Positions 54,483 through 64,000 of a DNA stretch of 64,000 nucleotides are shown piece by piece. Numbering within the stretch: the stretch's first letter is position 1; every line of letters begins with the position of its first letter. Source of the DNA: Bacillota bacterium (GTDB lineage: Bacteria; Bacillota; UBA994; UBA5500); assembly GCA_029781045.1 (NCBI GenBank), contig JAKOXL010000001.1, positions 8,084 through 72,083 of the forward strand. Direction: 5' to 3'. Under the pieces are notes generated by a model that was given only the letters and a program-made list of their open reading frames with translations, did no database searches and was not told where the DNA came from. Made by a program: the position numbers and the translations under genes.

Positions 54483-55310
54483 CTAACGTTTGGCAATACG
54501 GACCGTCACCGTTAGGTAATCTTCCTCGTCCTGCTCCATAACCTCCGCCTTGATACCGGCCTCTTTCATCAATCTTGCAGCATCGCGCACAGTATTGAGG
54601 AATATACGCACATCTTTTGGAACAAAACGGCGGACGGGTTTATGGGCCGTAGCCGCTACTTCCTCCGCACTGCTGCCTGCCAAATATTGCTCGATTATAT
54701 CTTCCGTTTGCTTAACGTTGAGGTTCTGAGCAATGGCCAACTCGGCCAACCGTAGCTGCGCCTCTGCCTCCTTCACCCGTAGCAAGGCACGGGCCTGTCT
54801 CTCATTGAGCTTCCCCGCCGCCAGCAAATTCTTAACCGGTGAAGTCAAGCCTAATAGCCGTATTTTATTGGCTATGGTTGACTGACTCTTTCCCAGCCGC
54901 AGGGCCAAATCTTCTTGTCGTATATCAAACTCATCAATCAGCTGCTGATATGCCGCTGCTTCTTCCAGCGGGTTGAGATCTTCCCGCTGCAGATTCTCAA
55001 TCAAGGCAGCTTGTGCCACTTCTCGATCCGTATATTCTTTAACTATAGCCGGAATAGTCTGCTGCTTGGCCAACTTGGCCGCCCGCCAGCGCCGCTCCCC
55101 GGCAATAAGCTCATAAACACTTCCTAAACGTCGTACGATGATGGGCTGAATCACACCCATCTGGCGTATGGAATCTGCCAATTCTTGTAATTTAGCCTCA
55201 TCAAACTGTCTCCGCGGCTGATAAGGATTTACTTTTATATCTTCTAATGGAATGCTGATGATTTGCTCCCCTGGCCCTGAGTTTCCTCCAAACCAACGCA
55301 CAGCCATCAC
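54483..55310 (-). CDS. noc: nucleoid occlusion protein Noc (ParB-like)
   Basis: ParB N-terminal motifs (VIQPIIVRR, LIAGERRWRAA). Position between rsmG and soj, as in Bacillus. Confidence 0.8.
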   Translation of the reverse strand: MMAVRWFGGNSGPGEQIISIPLEDIKVNPYQPRRQFDEAKLQELADSIRQMGVIQPIIVRRLGSVYELIAGERRWRAAKLAKQQTIPAIVKEYTDREVAQAALIENLQREDLNPLEEAAAYQQLIDEFDIRQEDLALRLGKSQSTIANKIRLLGLTSPVKNLLAAGKLNERQARALLRVKEAEAQLRLAELAIAQNLNVKQTEDIIEQYLAGSSAEEVAATAHKPVRRFVPKDVRIFLNTVRDAARLMKEAGIKAEVMEQDEEDYLTVTVRIAKR

Positions 55311-55371
55311 CCCTTCTCTCTCTTATTCTGCTTGCAAGGGCGTCTCTCCTTCCCGCTACAGCCAAATATGC

Positions 55372-56094
55372 TTAGAGCAAGGGGCGTTTCTCCGCCAACC
55401 CGGGACGACGCGGAAACTTGCTGGGAGTGGAACTGTACTTGTCTACCCGCACCAAGGTGCGGGCTGCACCAGAAGGCAATCGCCATTCGCAGGTCTTGCC
55501 CCTATCTCCCCCCAGAAGCGCCAAGCCCGGCCCCGCTTCCGCCAACTCCTCTGCCATCTCCGGACCTTTCTGAGCCACAAAACATCCGCCCACCCGCACC
55601 AAAGGCATACAATACTCCGCCAGAGTTGCCAGCCGAGCCACGGCGCGAGCCACTACTAAATCGTACTGTTCGCGGAAATGGGGGTCATGTCCTACCACTT
55701 CTGCCCGCTCGCAGACCACGCCAACCTGCTTTGCCAAGCCCAGCTCGTTCACTGCCATCTGCAGAAAACGGGTCTTCTTGTTAATGGAATCCAATAGTAC
55801 AACTTGCGTGTTAGGAAAGGCTATGGCTAGAACTAGACCAGGGAAACCTGCACCGGTACCCACATCTATCACACTTTCTACCGAGGCCATATCCACTGCT
55901 AAAGCCACCGACAGAGAATCCAGGAAGTGCAGTTCATAAATCTCTTGCAGACCAGTGATGCGGGTTAGATTGATCCTTTCATTCCACTCCTGCAAAAGCC
56001 GACTGTAATGGGACAACTGGTCTAAAGCTGTACTAGACAAAGAAACCCCTAGCCGCTCCGCTTGTGCTCGCAACCACCCATTGCTTTCACTCAC
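55372..56094 (-). CDS. rsmG: 16S rRNA (guanine527-N7)-methyltransferase RsmG (GidB)
   Basis: SAM-MTase motif (DVGTGAGFPG) and conserved synteny after mnmG. Confidence 0.9.
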   Translation of the reverse strand: MSESNGWLRAQAERLGVSLSSTALDQLSHYSRLLQEWNERINLTRITGLQEIYELHFLDSLSVALAVDMASVESVIDVGTGAGFPGLVLAIAFPNTQVVLLDSINKKTRFLQMAVNELGLAKQVGVVCERAEVVGHDPHFREQYDLVVARAVARLATLAEYCMPLVRVGGCFVAQKGPEMAEELAEAGPGLALLGGDRGKTCEWRLPSGAARTLVRVDKYSSTPSKFPRRPGLAEKRPLL

Positions 56095-56106
56095 AACCTA
56101 TTCCCC

Positions 56107-57975
56107 CTACTTATGGGCCTTGAGGGCCACCAGAAGTACACTGATGTCGGCCGGCGTAACACCCAGAATTCGACTGGCTTGTCCCACCGATTGGGGACGA
56201 TGTCGAGCCAGTTTCTCCCGCGCTTCCATAGACAAGCCCAATAGCCTGCTGTAGTCAAAGTCTTCGGGAATCCGCTTTTCCTCCAAACGCAAGAAGCGCT
56301 CCACACTCTCAATCTGTTTCTGGATGTACCCGGCATATTTGACCTCAATCTCCACCCGTTGACGGAGGGTAGCTGAGGCGGCTGCCACTGCTTCTGGAGC
56401 AAAGGGCAAGAGAGCCTCTAAGTTCACCTCGGGCCGCCGCAATAACTGGGCTAAAGACGCTCCCTGTGTCAGAGGAGAAGTACCTGCCGCTATTAGCACC
56501 TCATTGACTTCCGGGCTAGGCGGCACCACAGTGCTCTCCAGCAGCTCTTTCAGCTCCTCCATCTGGCGCACCAGTTCCCGGTGTTCTCTGATGGCCTCTT
56601 CCCCAACCAGGCCCACCTGCCAGCCCTTTTCCCGCAAGCGAACATCCGCATTATCATGACGCAAGAGCAAGCGATATTCGGCCGCCGACGTGAGCATTCG
56701 ATATGGCTCGCTCACACCCTTGGTGACCAAATCATCGATCAATACTCCAATATAGGCCTCTGAGCGCTTCAGGATCAGCGGTTCCCGTCTCCTTAAGAAT
56801 TGGGCCGCATTAATACCGGCCATTAACCCCTGGGCAGCCGCCTCTTCATAACCCGACGACCCATTTATCTGACCAGCGGAAAACAGCCCTCTAATGGCCT
56901 TAAACTCCAGCGATAACTTCAATTGTGTGGGGTCAATATAGTCATACTCAATAGCATAACCTGGCCGCAGAATCTCTGCCCTTTCCAGCCCCGGGATGGT
57001 GCGTAAAGCAGTATACTGCACGTCCTCCGGCATACTGGTGGAGAAGCCCTGCACATACATCTCATCGGTGTCATAACCTTCCGGTTCCACAAAAATCTGA
57101 TGTCTTTCCTTGTCTCGAAAGCGCACAACCTTATCTTCCAAGGAGGGACAATAGCGGGGTCCCACTCCTTCAATCTCTCCACTATAGAGCGGTGCTCGGT
57201 GCAGGTTCTCCAGGAAAATGCGATGTGTCTCAGCGTTGGTATAGGTCAACCAGCAAGACAACTGTTTCCCATAGCAGTTAAGGAGCCCAGAAAAACCCTC
57301 CGGCAGGTCATCGCCCGGTTGCTCCAACATAAGCCTGGTATTAACGGTCTTACCGCTTACCCGCGGCGGGGTACCTGTCTTAAACCGGCCCATGCGGATA
57401 CCCAGCTTCTGCAGACTAGCCGTAAGAGCTAGAGCAGGCTGCAGGCCGTTGGGGCCGCTGGCAAAACTGGTCTCCCCGATTATTATCCGCCCGCGTAGGT
57501 AAGTGCCGGTGGTAAGAATAACACAGGGGGCCAAAAAGACGGTACCCGTCTGTGTTTTTACTCCCCTCACTTGACCGTCTTCCACCAACAACTCATCCAC
57601 CATCGCCTGTCGTAAACTTAAGCCCTCTTGACTGGCCAAGACTTGCCGCATCCGGCTTTGATAGCGTTGCTTATCTACCTGGGCCCGCAGTGCCTGCACC
57701 GCTGGTCCCTTGCTGGTGTTTAACATGCGTACCTGTATGCAGCAGGCATCCACTGCCCGCCCCATTTCACCGCCTAAGGCATCGATCTCTCGCACAATAT
57801 GACCCTTAGCTGGACCCCCGACCGATGGATTACAAGGCATAAGAGCCACACTATCCAAACTGGAAGTCAGCATCAATACTCGGAAACCTAAACGGGCAGC
57901 AGCCAGACCCGCTTCACAGCCCGCGTGTCCAGCTCCCACAACGATCACATCGTAATTGCCTGCCACAAAACCCAT
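56107..57975 (-). CDS. mnmG: tRNA uridine 5-carboxymethylaminomethyl modification enzyme MnmG (GidA)
   Basis: [19 protein letters not shown] motif. Start at MGFVAG with a GGAGGG RBS. Confidence 0.9.
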   Translation of the reverse strand: MGFVAGNYDVIVVGAGHAGCEAGLAAARLGFRVLMLTSSLDSVALMPCNPSVGGPAKGHIVREIDALGGEMGRAVDACCIQVRMLNTSKGPAVQALRAQVDKQRYQSRMRQVLASQEGLSLRQAMVDELLVEDGQVRGVKTQTGTVFLAPCVILTTGTYLRGRIIIGETSFASGPNGLQPALALTASLQKLGIRMGRFKTGTPPRVSGKTVNTRLMLEQPGDDLPEGFSGLLNCYGKQLSCWLTYTNAETHRIFLENLHRAPLYSGEIEGVGPRYCPSLEDKVVRFRDKERHQIFVEPEGYDTDEMYVQGFSTSMPEDVQYTALRTIPGLERAEILRPGYAIEYDYIDPTQLKLSLEFKAIRGLFSAGQINGSSGYEEAAAQGLMAGINAAQFLRRREPLILKRSEAYIGVLIDDLVTKGVSEPYRMLTSAAEYRLLLRHDNADVRLREKGWQVGLVGEEAIREHRELVRQMEELKELLESTVVPPSPEVNEVLIAAGTSPLTQGASLAQLLRRPEVNLEALLPFAPEAVAAASATLRQRVEIEVKYAGYIQKQIESVERFLRLEEKRIPEDFDYSRLLGLSMEAREKLARHRPQSVGQASRILGVTPADISVLLVALKAHK

Positions 57976-57992
57976 TGTCTTGCATCCCTCCG

Positions 57993-59366
57993 CTATTTGC
58001 CGATGCAAAAACGACTAAATATCTCCTGCGCCAAGCCCGGACTAGCCTTAAGACCCACCATTTCACCTAGACGATCGGCGGCTGCCTGCAAATCGATTTG
58101 CACCATATCCAAAGGCCAGCCGGAAGCCACCGTTTGCTCTGCTGCTCTAAGGCTACCCAGGGCTTCTCGCAACAACTGCTCCTGCCTAACGTTGGCTACA
58201 AAGGGACTGTCCGGTTGTAATATGCCCTGAAGCACCAGGTCGGCTATGGCCGCCCGCAGCTCATCCAACCCCTCGCCGCTGATGGCAGCTACTCTAAATA
58301 CCCTCTCCTGTGCCAGACGCTCTTCATCGGCAGCCGATAACCCCAAAGGTAAATCTCTTTTATTCAGCACCACAAACCGCCGCTGTTCCTTCACCGCCGC
58401 CAAGGTAGTCAAGTCTTCCCGCTCCAAAGGTCGACTCTGGTCAATTACTACCAGCACCAAATCAGCTTCTTGCATGGTCTGCTGAGCCAAAGACACCCCT
58501 ATGCGCTCCACCGGATCTTCTGTCTCCCTTAACCCGGCTGTGTCCAAAAGGCGAATAGGAATGCCTGCAACAGAGAAATACTCTTCAATAACATCGCGGG
58601 TGGTACCAGCAATGTCGGTCACAATAGCCCTTTCCTTTCCCACCAGGGCATTCAAAAGCGAAGACTTACCCACGTTAGGGCGCCCCACGATGGCTACCTG
58701 CAGCCCCTCCCGTAGTACTCTTCCGGCAAAACTGGTGCTGAGTAAGAGCTCTACCTGATGGATAGCCTCCTCTAGGCCTTCTAACATGCGTCTACTAGTG
58801 ATTTCAGGAATATCATGTTCTGGAAAGTCAATGCTGGCTGCGGCCGTGGCCAACAACCCCATGATCTGCTCGCGAATAGCCAAGACCCGCTCCGAAAGCT
58901 CACCCCGCAGTAGGCGGCCCGCCTGTTCCAGTGCCGTCTTAGACTTAGCCTGAATAAGATCAATCACGGCTTCCGCTTGCATTAAATCCAGTTTGCCATT
59001 GAGGAAGGCCCGCTGGGTAAACTCACCTGGTTCGGCTAAACGTACCCCCAGGCGTAGTAGAAGAGCTAATATCTCCCGCGTAATCAAGGCGCCGCCATGA
59101 CTGTTTATTTCCACCACATCTTCGCCCGTGTATGAATTAGGCCCCGGCATATATGTAACTAGCACCTGGTCTAGCATCTGTTCCTTTTCATCTACGACAT
59201 AACCCAAATATAGGTGGCGAGCAGCAAAGCTCTTCTTCTCCCGTCCCCGGGTAGTACGGAAGACCCGCTGTAGAGTGGCGAGAGATTCCGGACCACTCAT
59301 GCGTACAATACCAATCCCGCTTTCTCCCGGAGCCGTAGCGATAGCTGCGATGGTTGTCTGCTCCAT
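57993..59366 (-). CDS. mnmE: tRNA modification GTPase MnmE (TrmE)
   Basis: G-domain motifs ([14 protein letters not shown]) and the C-terminal CIGK tetrapeptide. Confidence 0.9.
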   Translation of the reverse strand: MEQTTIAAIATAPGESGIGIVRMSGPESLATLQRVFRTTRGREKKSFAARHLYLGYVVDEKEQMLDQVLVTYMPGPNSYTGEDVVEINSHGGALITREILALLLRLGVRLAEPGEFTQRAFLNGKLDLMQAEAVIDLIQAKSKTALEQAGRLLRGELSERVLAIREQIMGLLATAAASIDFPEHDIPEITSRRMLEGLEEAIHQVELLLSTSFAGRVLREGLQVAIVGRPNVGKSSLLNALVGKERAIVTDIAGTTRDVIEEYFSVAGIPIRLLDTAGLRETEDPVERIGVSLAQQTMQEADLVLVVIDQSRPLEREDLTTLAAVKEQRRFVVLNKRDLPLGLSAADEERLAQERVFRVAAISGEGLDELRAAIADLVLQGILQPDSPFVANVRQEQLLREALGSLRAAEQTVASGWPLDMVQIDLQAAADRLGEMVGLKASPGLAQEIFSRFCIGK

Positions 59367-59467
59367 TTTAATCCACCTCCCGGCTGTGATACTATATTAT
59401 ACCCTAGCGTCCCTAGTAAAAGAAAAACCCGTGGCAGCCCTTGCTGCCCGGGTTTCTGGCTCAGCAT

Positions 59468-60085
59468 CTACTTCAGCGCAATAACTACCTTCCGGTAGGG
59501 TTCTTCCCCTTCGCTATAGGTAACTATTTGGCTATCGTGTTGCAAAGCTGTATGGATAATACGCCGCTCATGGGCGCACATGGGCTCCAACATAATCCGC
59601 CGCCCCGTACGCTTTGCCTTTTCCGCTAACCAAGTAGCCAAGCGCAACAAGGCTTCTTCTCGCCTTGCCCGATAACCGCCGGCATCAAGCACTACCCGTT
59701 GCCGCGCTTCCGTGTTGCGATTATATACCACATTGGCCAAGTACTGCAGCGAATCCAGGGTTTGACCATGCTTTCCAATTACTAACCCTAGGCCTTGCCC
59801 TTCCAAATCCGCCTTGATAACTTCATCGGTTACCTTCACATCTACACGCACCCGGGCCCCCATACGTTCACAGACGCCTGTTAGAAAGTCGACCAGTCTC
59901 TGTAACGGATCCGGTTTTACAGTAACCTTAACTTTGGCCAATTTTCCCCCTAAAATACCAAAAAATCCTTTGCTCGGTTCCTCCAGTATCTCTGTTTCTA
60001 CCTGTTCCGAGCTAACTCCTAGTTCTGCTAGAGCTAAAGCTATGGCTTCCTCCACTGTCTTACCTTGCTTTACCACGCTTTGCAT
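59468..60085 (-). CDS. jag: Jag/KhpB (KH plus R3H RNA-binding protein)
   Basis: N-terminal Jag_N (MQSVVKQGKTVEEAIALALAELG) and a C-terminal R3H domain. Lies downstream of yidC. Confidence 0.85.
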   Translation of the reverse strand: MQSVVKQGKTVEEAIALALAELGVSSEQVETEILEEPSKGFFGILGGKLAKVKVTVKPDPLQRLVDFLTGVCERMGARVRVDVKVTDEVIKADLEGQGLGLVIGKHGQTLDSLQYLANVVYNRNTEARQRVVLDAGGYRARREEALLRLATWLAEKAKRTGRRIMLEPMCAHERRIIHTALQHDSQIVTYSEGEEPYRKVVIALK

Positions 60086-60770
60086 CTGGTAGCCCTCCCT
60101 CCTTCAAGCTATACTGGCGCTCTAAGAAGCGGGTAACGAGGTGATGTTGTATGATAGTAAAAACGTTGCGGGATACCCAATAAAGTCCTACAGCCACCGG
60201 GTAGCTAATGGTGATCCATCCCATGAAAATGGGCAAAATGAGGTTCATGGAGCGCATCATGGCCGCATCTTGGCCACTACCCTGGCTTATCTGCTGTTGC
60301 TGGATAACAGTTGTTAAGACAGAAAGAATTGGCACCACCAAATATCCAGGATTCTGCCGTATAAGCATCCAGAAGGTCTGCTGGGCATCAGGCAAAACAA
60401 GACTTAGACCCAAAAAGGAGGGAGCCGAACTAAATATCTCCGGCTGTCTTAAGGCACTAAACATGGCTATAATGATGGGAAACTGTATTAAGATAGGAAA
60501 ACAACCGGCTGCAGGGTTTATCCCATATTCTTTCCAAAGAGCTAATGTCTCTTCATTAACCTTATCGGGATCCTTGTACTTCTTTTTTATCTCCTCTACC
60601 TTAGGAGCAACCAACTTCATCTTATAAGAAAACTGCATTTGCTGTAAGTTCAAGGGAAAAGTTATAAGCATCACTACTAAAGCCATCCCAATAATGGCCA
60701 ATCCATAGCTTCCGGTAGCTTCAGCTAAGGAATTTAGAATGACGCTCATTAAATTGGTTAGAAAAGCCAA
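60060..60770 (-). CDS. yidC: membrane protein insertase YidC/OxaA (SpoIIIJ-type, short form)
   Basis: 236-aa 5-TM 60-kDa IMP family member. Synteny rnpA-yidD-yidC-jag. Confidence 0.85.
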   Translation of the reverse strand: MAFLTNLMSVILNSLAEATGSYGLAIIGMALVVMLITFPLNLQQMQFSYKMKLVAPKVEEIKKKYKDPDKVNEETLALWKEYGINPAAGCFPILIQFPIIIAMFSALRQPEIFSSAPSFLGLSLVLPDAQQTFWMLIRQNPGYLVVPILSVLTTVIQQQQISQGSGQDAAMMRSMNLILPIFMGWITISYPVAVGLYWVSRNVFTIIQHHLVTRFLERQYSLKEGGLPDAKRGKAR

Positions 60771-60790
60771 TTAAACTCCCTCCTCATACC

Positions 60791-61012
60791 CTAAACTAAT
60801 GGATCATAGCCGCCCGGGTGCAACGGATGACAGCGGAGTATCCGCCTTATCCCCAACAAAAGTCCTTTGCCTAATCCATACTTCTCCAAGGCTTGAATCA
60901 TATACTCGGAACACGTAGGGCGAAATCGACAGTTAGGGCCGAGAATAGGAGATAGAAAACGCCTATATAAACCTACCATCCCAATCAACCCTTTGGTTAA
61001 CAATCTACTCAT
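60791..61012 (-). CDS. yidD: membrane protein insertion efficiency factor YidD
   Basis: [38 protein letters not shown] matches the YidD family. Confidence 0.8.
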   Translation of the reverse strand: MSRLLTKGLIGMVGLYRRFLSPILGPNCRFRPTCSEYMIQALEKYGLGKGLLLGIRRILRCHPLHPGGYDPLV

Positions 61013-61346
61013 CCTGCCACAAACCTGCTTTCTGGGTCAGCTTGGCCAACGATTGGACAATTTGAGCATAACTCGCATCCCGTGCCGCAACCCGCACGAT
61101 TACTACCAAATGATAACCGGGCTTAACCTGTCGACTCTGGGCGCGCCAAGCTTCTCGTACCAAGCGTTTTAAGCGATTGCGCCCCACACTTCCCGCTACC
61201 TTACGGCTCACCGATATGCCGAGCTTCACGCCTGAAATCGATCGCGGTAAATAGTACAAAACCAAAAATCTATCAGCTACCGATTTGCCCTCTTGATAGA
61301 CAGCGCTAAAGTCACTGCGCTTGGTCAGGCGTTCTTCCTTGCGCAT
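61005..61346 (-). CDS. rnpA: ribonuclease P protein component
   Basis: 113-aa basic protein containing the RNR motif ([10 protein letters not shown]). Confidence 0.85.
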   Translation of the reverse strand: MRKEERLTKRSDFSAVYQEGKSVADRFLVLYYLPRSISGVKLGISVSRKVAGSVGRNRLKRLVREAWRAQSRQVKPGYHLVVIVRVAARDASYAQIVQSLAKLTQKAGLWQDE

Positions 61347-61434
61347 ACTTTAGCCTCCCAATCGCCACATTCTTAGTAAATTATACCACAATCCCCTGGC
61401 GTCCATGCGAAAAAAAGGCCACGCAGTCGCGGCC

Positions 61435-61569
61435 TTAAGCAGATAGCACTTTTCTCCCTCGCGCACGCCTTGCTTTTAGGACCTTGCGTCCGCTTGCCGT
61501 GCTCATACGCTTGCGAAAGCCATGTACTTTCTTACGTACCCGGTTATTGGGCTGAAAAGTTCGTTTCAC
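61435..61569 (-). CDS. rpmH: 50S ribosomal protein L34
   Basis: (M)[46 protein letters not shown] start with an AAAGGGGTG RBS; the longer track ORF is an upstream in-frame extension. Confidence 0.9.
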   Translation of the reverse strand: MKRTFQPNNRVRKKVHGFRKRMSTASGRKVLKARRARGRKVLSA

Positions 61570-61689
61570 AGCGATACACCCCTTTCTCAGAACAAAACCC
61601 TGCAGTATCCCAGCCATTATAGCAAATAGGGAACCAGGAATCAATGTGATTCCCGCTGCTACCTGCGGGTTTGGATAAACTGGTTGTAC

Positions 61690-62020
61690 ACAGTTGTGGA
61701 TAACTCTATCTACAACCCTGTTAGTTCACATAACATGTGTCAATTTCACATAAAATGGGGCCATAATGACATCTCTTTGTGGAAAAGGTAGTAGATTTGG
61801 GCCTGTTTAGGTAACAAAATGGTAACAAGACTACTTTTTTATGTCTTTTATCCACTAAGTTATCCACAGCTTGTGGACAAGGTTGTTTATAACGTGGGCG
61901 AACGTTTAATCGTATCAGTTCTGGACAATACCCAATCTGACAATATTCGTGCCATCAGACATTTATCCACAGCTTTTGTGGACTTTTTGTGGGTAATTCC
62001 AGAAGTTATTCACAAATTAT
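61690..62020. promoter_or_regulatory. oriC part 1: DnaA-box cluster between rpmH and dnaA (includes the dnaA promoter region)
   Basis: Perfect TTATCCACA / TGTGGATAA boxes at 61695-61703, 61860-61868 and 61963-61971. At least six 1-mismatch boxes (e.g. 61848-61856, 61872-61880, 61978-61986, 61989-61997, 62007-62015). Confidence 0.75.
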
Positions 62021-62090
62021 ATGGCGTTTGTGGTAGAATTTATGTACGACTTGTTGAAAACTGTCAAACGAGGCGAGGGGGTATCAACAA

Positions 62091-63443
62091 TTGGTTAGCA
62101 AAACCGACTACCAAATAATCTGGGAGGCAGCGCTTAACTCTCTGGAATCCCAATTAAGTAAACCAAGTTTTGAGACATGGATTCTTTCCTTAGAACCGGT
62201 AGCGCTACAACAAGATACGCTGGTTTTGCGGGTTGCCAATGCATTCAACCGTGATTGGCTGCAAAACCAATATTCATCCATAATCACCGATTGCCTACGG
62301 GCCACATCTGGTAGATCCCTTAATATTCGCTTCGTTTTGCCCCATGAAAACTTAGAATCCTTAGAAGATGAAATAGAACAGGTTACTTTACCAGCAGAAA
62401 AGCACGATGGTGATGATTGTCCTGAACTCAACCTAAATCCTAAATATACTTTTAGCTCCTTTGTTATTGGTGAAAGTAACCGTTTTGCTCATGCCGCATC
62501 CTTGGCAGTGGCAGAAGCACCGGCTAAAGCTTATAATCCTCTCTTTATTTACGGTGGTGTAGGTTTGGGTAAAACCCATCTCTTACATGCCATCGGGCAT
62601 TACGTGCGAGAACACTATCCACACTTGACGGTCGTTTATCTATCCTGCGAGAAATTTACCAACCAGTTCATCAGCGCTATTCAGTACAAGCGCAGCGAAG
62701 AATTCCGTAACCGCTATCGTAATGTGGACATACTCATGGTTGACGATATTCAGTTTCTCGCCGGAAAAGAACAGACCCAAGAGGAGTTTTTCCACACTTT
62801 TAACGCCCTACATGAAGCCAACAAACAGATAATACTCTCCAGCGACCGCCCACCCCGTGAAATAGCGACCCTGGAAGAAAGGCTCCGTTCCCGTTTTGAA
62901 TGGGGTTTAATTACAGACATACAACAGCCCGATCTAGAGACAAGGACAGCTATTTTACGCAAGAAGGCGGAACAAGAGAATCTAAAGGTAGATAACGACG
63001 TGTTACTGCATCTGGCCAACCGGATAAATAGCAATATTCGGGAGCTGGAGGGAGCGCTAACGCGTATTTATGCCTATGCTTCTTTCACTTCGCGCCCCAT
63101 TACGACCGATCTGGTAGATGAAGTCCTGAAGGATACGCTGGCTGGAGAGTTTAAAAGGGAAATCACCATCGAGGCCATTCAGAACTTAGTTGCCCAGCAC
63201 TTTGGTATTCGACCGAGTGATATGAAGGCCAAAAAGCGCACCCGCACAGTGGCTTATCCACGACAAATCGCCATGTATCTTTGCCGCCAGCTGACGGAAC
63301 ACTCCTTACCTCGCCTAGGTGAGGCCTTTGGCGGCCGCGATCATACCACTGTTTTGCATGCTTGCGAAAAGATAGAAAATGAAATGGCTAATGATAAGGA
63401 GCTGGCTGCTTTAATTGAAAAGCTTACTAAGGAACTAAGGTAA
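62091..63443 (+). CDS. dnaA: chromosomal replication initiator protein DnaA
   Basis: AAA+ motifs ([23 protein letters not shown]) and the C-terminal DNA-binding helix. TTG start with a GAGGGGG RBS. Confidence 0.95.
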   Translation: MVSKTDYQIIWEAALNSLESQLSKPSFETWILSLEPVALQQDTLVLRVANAFNRDWLQNQYSSIITDCLRATSGRSLNIRFVLPHENLESLEDEIEQVTLPAEKHDGDDCPELNLNPKYTFSSFVIGESNRFAHAASLAVAEAPAKAYNPLFIYGGVGLGKTHLLHAIGHYVREHYPHLTVVYLSCEKFTNQFISAIQYKRSEEFRNRYRNVDILMVDDIQFLAGKEQTQEEFFHTFNALHEANKQIILSSDRPPREIATLEERLRSRFEWGLITDIQQPDLETRTAILRKKAEQENLKVDNDVLLHLANRINSNIRELEGALTRIYAYASFTSRPITTDLVDEVLKDTLAGEFKREITIEAIQNLVAQHFGIRPSDMKAKKRTRTVAYPRQIAMYLCRQLTEHSLPRLGEAFGGRDHTTVLHACEKIENEMANDKELAALIEKLTKELR

Positions 63444-63452
63444 GCTGTTAAG

Positions 63453-63600
63453 AATGTGGACAAGCAACGTTATTAGTCCACAGAATAAGACACAGCCCGA
63501 GAGATGAGAGAACCTAGCATGAGGGCAGTTATCCACAGCATTCACAGCATATATGACTAATACGGCTATCATTTATCTTATTCTTGTACTTAAGCCAATA
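63453..63600. promoter_or_regulatory. oriC part 2: DnaA boxes plus AT-rich DNA-unwinding element between dnaA and dnaN
   Basis: Boxes TGTGGACAA (63455-63463), TTAGTCCACA (63473-63482) and TTATCCACA (63529-63537), then AT-rich atatatgactaatacggctatcatttatcttattcttgtacttaag. Confidence 0.55.
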
Positions 63601-63632
63601 TGCCCAAACCGGGAACGAAAGGGGTATAAAAA

Positions 63633-64000
63633 ATGATTATAGATATCGATAAAGGTCTCTTTCTTCAGATGCTACAGACAGTAGGCCAAATAGTTCCCAT
63701 TAAGCCTGTTATCCCTTCTTTGGCTGGCATCTTTTTGCAGGCCGATAATAACCAAGTACGCCTGACCAGTAATAATCTGGAACTTAGTATTTCCATCGTA
63801 GGTGAAGCCATTATCAGCGAACCAGGAGAGGCCCTGATTCCCGCCCGTATACTGACAGAAGCAGTACGTCGAAGCCCTGCTGAGCGAGTTGTACTAAGAC
63901 AGCCAGCTGGTAGGTCGGCCGTCAGTTTTCAAAGTGGCAGCGTACATATGGAGATTTTGACCTTGCCCGTGGAAGAGTTTCCCGAGTTGCCCCAGTTCTC
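63633..64000 (+). CDS. dnaN: DNA polymerase III beta subunit (sliding clamp), N-terminal part; continues beyond the window
   Basis: MIIDIDKGLFLQMLQTVGQIVPIKPVIPSLAGIFLQA... is a typical DnaN N-terminus. GAAAGGGG RBS. Confidence 0.85.
   Translation, partial: MIIDIDKGLFLQMLQTVGQIVPIKPVIPSLAGIFLQADNNQVRLTSNNLELSISIVGEAIISEPGEALIPARILTEAVRRSPAERVVLRQPAGRSAVSFQSGSVHMEILTLPVEEFPELPQF

Noticed and set aside
1-64000. CRISPR arrays, IS elements, transposases, integrases, prophage genes
   Set aside because: No regularly spaced direct repeats. The recurring GGGCTGTC hairpins are dispersed singly at gene ends. No transposase or integrase-like ORFs were recognised.

Overview
This 64 kb window is the origin-proximal chromosome of a moderately GC-rich, spore-forming Firmicute (Clostridia-like). 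It has short RBS-coupled operons and many GTG/TTG starts. I corrected several starts from the ORF track by RBS spacing. No IS elements, transposases or CRISPR arrays are visible.

The 3' third carries the conserved replication-origin array on the minus strand: mnmE, mnmG, rsmG, noc, an extra HExxH membrane protein, soj, spo0J, DUF554, then jag, yidC, yidD, rnpA and rpmH. A DnaA-box cluster (oriC) follows, then dnaA (TTG start) and a second box cluster with an AT-rich DUE, then the start of dnaN.

Upstream of that, in order:
- a probable electron-bifurcating lactate dehydrogenase/Etf set: a GlcD-like FAD oxidase fragment, EtfB, and EtfA with an N-terminal 2x[4Fe-4S] domain
- TrkH and TrkA
- a D-peptide-type hydrolase locus: three beta-lactamase/S12-family serine hydrolases, the M55 D-aminopeptidase DppA, and a chimeric substrate-binding-protein::OppF(C-terminal half) ORF, next to a frameshifted TetR gene
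- a minus-strand tRNA island (Ser-TGA, Ser-GCT, Arg-ACG, Arg-CCT, tadA, Ser-CGA) beside serS, which has a clear T-box leader
- aspartate aminotransferase, an orphan ECF sigma factor divergent from a class A PBP, and an ABC-2 exporter
- a yabE-like gene and a Rhizobium-type asparaginase
- two tandem DUF4097 (YvlB-like) paralogs behind a near-consensus sigma-A promoter, downstream of a 55-aa clostridial ferredoxin
- ThrE-type exporter halves, an AEC transporter and a polysaccharide deacetylase
- a five-gene heteromeric FAD/Fe-S amine-dehydrogenase operon (HcnABC / opine-oxidase / PDH1-like) with a terminator hairpin in its leader

The most unusual signals are non-coding:
- two roughly 75% identical copies of a ~230-nt element sit at convergent gene junctions (40838-41066 and 47349-47590)
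- each copy ends in a hairpin that belongs to a seven-copy family of near-identical palindromic terminators (GGGGCTGTC-loop-GACAGCCCC) spread across the window
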